A stretch of DNA of 8,517 bases. Source: Naegleria gruberi (taxonomy: Eukaryota). Location of the stretch: the NCBI GenBank assembly GCA_000004985.1, contig GG739066.1; one strand, written 5' to 3'. Below, piece after piece: positions 7,359 through 8,517 of this stretch. A program made the translations under genes and the position numbers. Below the pieces are notes generated by a model. The model made no database searches. It worked only from the letters and a program-made list of their open reading frames with translations, and was not told where the DNA came from. Numbering within the stretch: position 1 is the stretch's first letter; the number at the start of each line of letters is the position of its first letter.

Positions 7359-8033
7359 ATGGCTACAGAATTAACTATTGAACAAAAAGAATCCATTCTG
7401 TTAAATTTTCTTCGTTCCGAACTTGGAATGAAAGCAGATACTAGTTATCATGCTCAATCAGACACTGTTGATGATTGGTTAAAAGCTGTAGAGGGTAGAT
7501 ATGTCGATTCGGATCAAGTCAAATTTAAATTATGTAAAAACTTCTTTTTAAATCACAAGAAGAAGAAACAAAACAAATTCTATGGAGTTGCTTGTACTGA
7601 TACTCAAGTTGAAATGAATGCACTCTCTAAAAATCTTGGATTAGGATCAGGAAATTTGAGATTTGCTGATAGTGCAGAATTAACTAATTATTTAGATATC
7701 TTACCTGGCAATGTCACTCCACTCGCTTTCCATTTATTACATCCAAAGGTTCAAGAAAAGAGGCCTGATGTTCTTGTTTCAACTGAGGAAAATCCATCAA
7801 TTGTTTCCAATATGAAAACATTGACCATTATTGTGGATGCCAAAATTTTGAGAAAGAGTAAGGAGTTCACAACTATGCTCTTGTTCCATCCTCTGCACAA
7901 TTGTGCATCGACATCAATGTCACAAGATGAATTTATCAAGTACATGAAGGAATGCTTAGGAGAGGATGCTTGGATGCAAGTTATTGTATATGATTTCGAA
8001 ACAAATGCAAAGCTTTCAGTAAATGACGTATAA
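7359..8033 (+). CDS. PRORSD1: PRORSD1-like protein (prolyl-tRNA synthetase-associated domain; YbaK/ProX-type aminoacyl-tRNA trans-editing deacylase)
   Basis: Translation MATELTIEQKESILLNFLRSEL...CKNFFLNHKKKKQNKFYGVACTDTQVEMNALSKNLGLGSGNLRFADSAELTNYLDILPGNVTPLAFHL...IIVDAKILRKSKEFTTMLLFHPLHNCASTSMSQDEFIKYMKECLGEDAWMQVIVYDFE aligns along its whole length with human PRORSD1 (recalled from memory) SKNLFLKDKKKKNYWLVTVLHDRQINLNELAKQLGVGSGNLRFADETAMLEKLKVGQGCATPLALF...VKFVLDSAFLEGGHEKVYFHPMTNAATMGLSPEDFLTFVKMTGHDPIILNFD. The conserved Lys in KN-FL and the GxGSGNLRFAD block are both present. The start is chosen at 7359 (aaaaaaATGG) because MATEL... aligns with human MAGAEL.... An in-frame upstream ATG at 7326 would add MLSLIKKEIKK. 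Confidence 0.85.
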   Translation: MATELTIEQKESILLNFLRSELGMKADTSYHAQSDTVDDWLKAVEGRYVDSDQVKFKLCKNFFLNHKKKKQNKFYGVACTDTQVEMNALSKNLGLGSGNLRFADSAELTNYLDILPGNVTPLAFHLLHPKVQEKRPDVLVSTEENPSIVSNMKTLTIIVDAKILRKSKEFTTMLLFHPLHNCASTSMSQDEFIKYMKECLGEDAWMQVIVYDFETNAKLSVNDV

Positions 8034-8166
8034 GACAAAGGAAAATGTCAATTTTGTAAACAACCTAGAAAGCTCTTTTTACCTGTATGAGAAGTTTACA
8101 TGTGACAAGTACGCAGACGTGATTGTATTGTAAATATGGAAAATTGTACACCTGCACAACAAAAAA

Positions 8167-8517
8167 ATGGTCTCTCGCATCATGAGCCCCAGCATGTTAC
8201 TGTTTGGGCTGTTGGTCAACTTGATTGTTGCCTTTTGTTGTGGTGTAATTGTAAATCTTGTGGATGCACAACAGTTATCATCATCCAGCTTGAAGAGGAC
8301 TGCACACATCACTACACCAAATTTCTCTAATAATTCAACAATATTAATATCATCTCCGTTAGTGAAAAGTATTCTCTTGGAACGATTCTCACTGGATGAA
8401 TTTTTAAAATTGTTGTCTAATGTGACTTCACCTTCAATTATTACAAGAATGGAGGTGAATGATTCTGCAAGTGGAGAACAGTCAATCGTCTATCAGACAA
8501 CTGAGGAAAATTTCAAT
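8167..8517 (+). CDS. Partial ORF (117 codons, open to the window end) encoding a protein with an N-terminal signal peptide or signal-anchor and multiple N-glycosylation sequons
   Basis: The start context aaaaaaATGG is identical to that of the PRORSD1-like gene, and the upstream in-frame stop is at 8131-8133. Translation: MVSRIMSPSMLLFGLLVNLIVAFCCGVIVNLVDA|QQLSSSSLKRTAHITTPNFSNNSTILISSPLVKSILLERFSLDEFLKLLSNVTSPSIITRMEVNDSASGEQSIVYQTTEENFN. This shows a roughly 23-aa hydrophobic core, then the sequons NFS, NNS, NST, NVT and NDS. It is absent from the ORF track because it has no stop in the window. No homolog is recognised. Confidence 0.4.
   Translation, partial: MVSRIMSPSMLLFGLLVNLIVAFCCGVIVNLVDAQQLSSSSLKRTAHITTPNFSNNSTILISSPLVKSILLERFSLDEFLKLLSNVTSPSIITRMEVNDSASGEQSIVYQTTEENFN

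Noticed and set aside
7751-8038. 95-aa minus-strand ORF
   Set aside because: It is antisense to the strongly supported PRORSD1-like CDS.
8079-8330. 77-aa (-) and 64-aa (+) Cys-rich ORFs from the track
   Set aside because: Both overlap, out of frame, the longer frame-1 ORF 8167-8517, which has a proper signal peptide and a favourable start context. The 64-aa ORF would start at 8136 in a different frame and terminates quickly. I regard these as by-products.
1-8517. Prokaryotic-style features (CRISPR repeats, Shine-Dalgarno sites, rho-independent terminators, operons), tRNA or rRNA genes
   Set aside because: No repeat-spacer periodicity, no tRNA-like T-loop (GGTTCGA) or cloverleaf candidates, and no rRNA-like conserved stretches were seen. 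The gene content and signals are eukaryotic.

Overview
This window is eukaryotic, AT-rich, compact nuclear DNA. A 4,092-nt run of N (2237-6328) is an unresolved assembly gap covering 48% of the window. All ORF-track entries that run through it (2111..6370-, 2151..6335-, 2182..6390+, 2225..6778+) are artefacts, except the last 450 nt of 2225..6778.

I can support six protein-coding genes, none with an evident intron:
- (-) 1..1043: an intact-looking piggyBac-family transposase. It starts at the ATG at 1041-1043 and runs off the left edge of the window. Both of the first two catalytic Asp residues are present.
- (+) 1468..2025: a 185-aa hypothetical protein with an N-terminal Cys/His cluster and a coiled-coil-like region. 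It is transcribed divergently from the transposase.
- (+) 6329..6778: the C-terminal RING-H2 E3 ubiquitin-ligase domain of a gene whose 5' part lies in the gap.
- (-) 6821..7210: a histone-fold protein of the CHRAC1/POLE4/DPB3 (H2A-like) type. It converges on the RING gene with only 42 bp between the stop codons.
- (+) 7359..8033: a clear homolog of the human PRORSD1 / YbaK-ProX aminoacyl-tRNA deacylase. An alternative upstream in-frame ATG lies at 7326. The gene is head-to-head with the histone-fold gene.
- (+) 8167..8517: a partial ORF with a signal peptide or signal-anchor, rich in N-glycosylation sequons, running off the right edge.

There is no CRISPR array, no rRNA or tRNA, and no prokaryotic feature. 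The families present (RING-H2, CHRAC1-like histone fold, PRORSD1, piggyBac), the AATAAA motifs overlapping stop codons, and the A-rich ATGG start contexts all argue for a compact, intron-poor eukaryote, probably a metazoan.

The most interesting item is the piggyBac-like element. It sits directly beside the assembly gap, I could not find canonical ends for it, and its divergent neighbour ORF could be element cargo.
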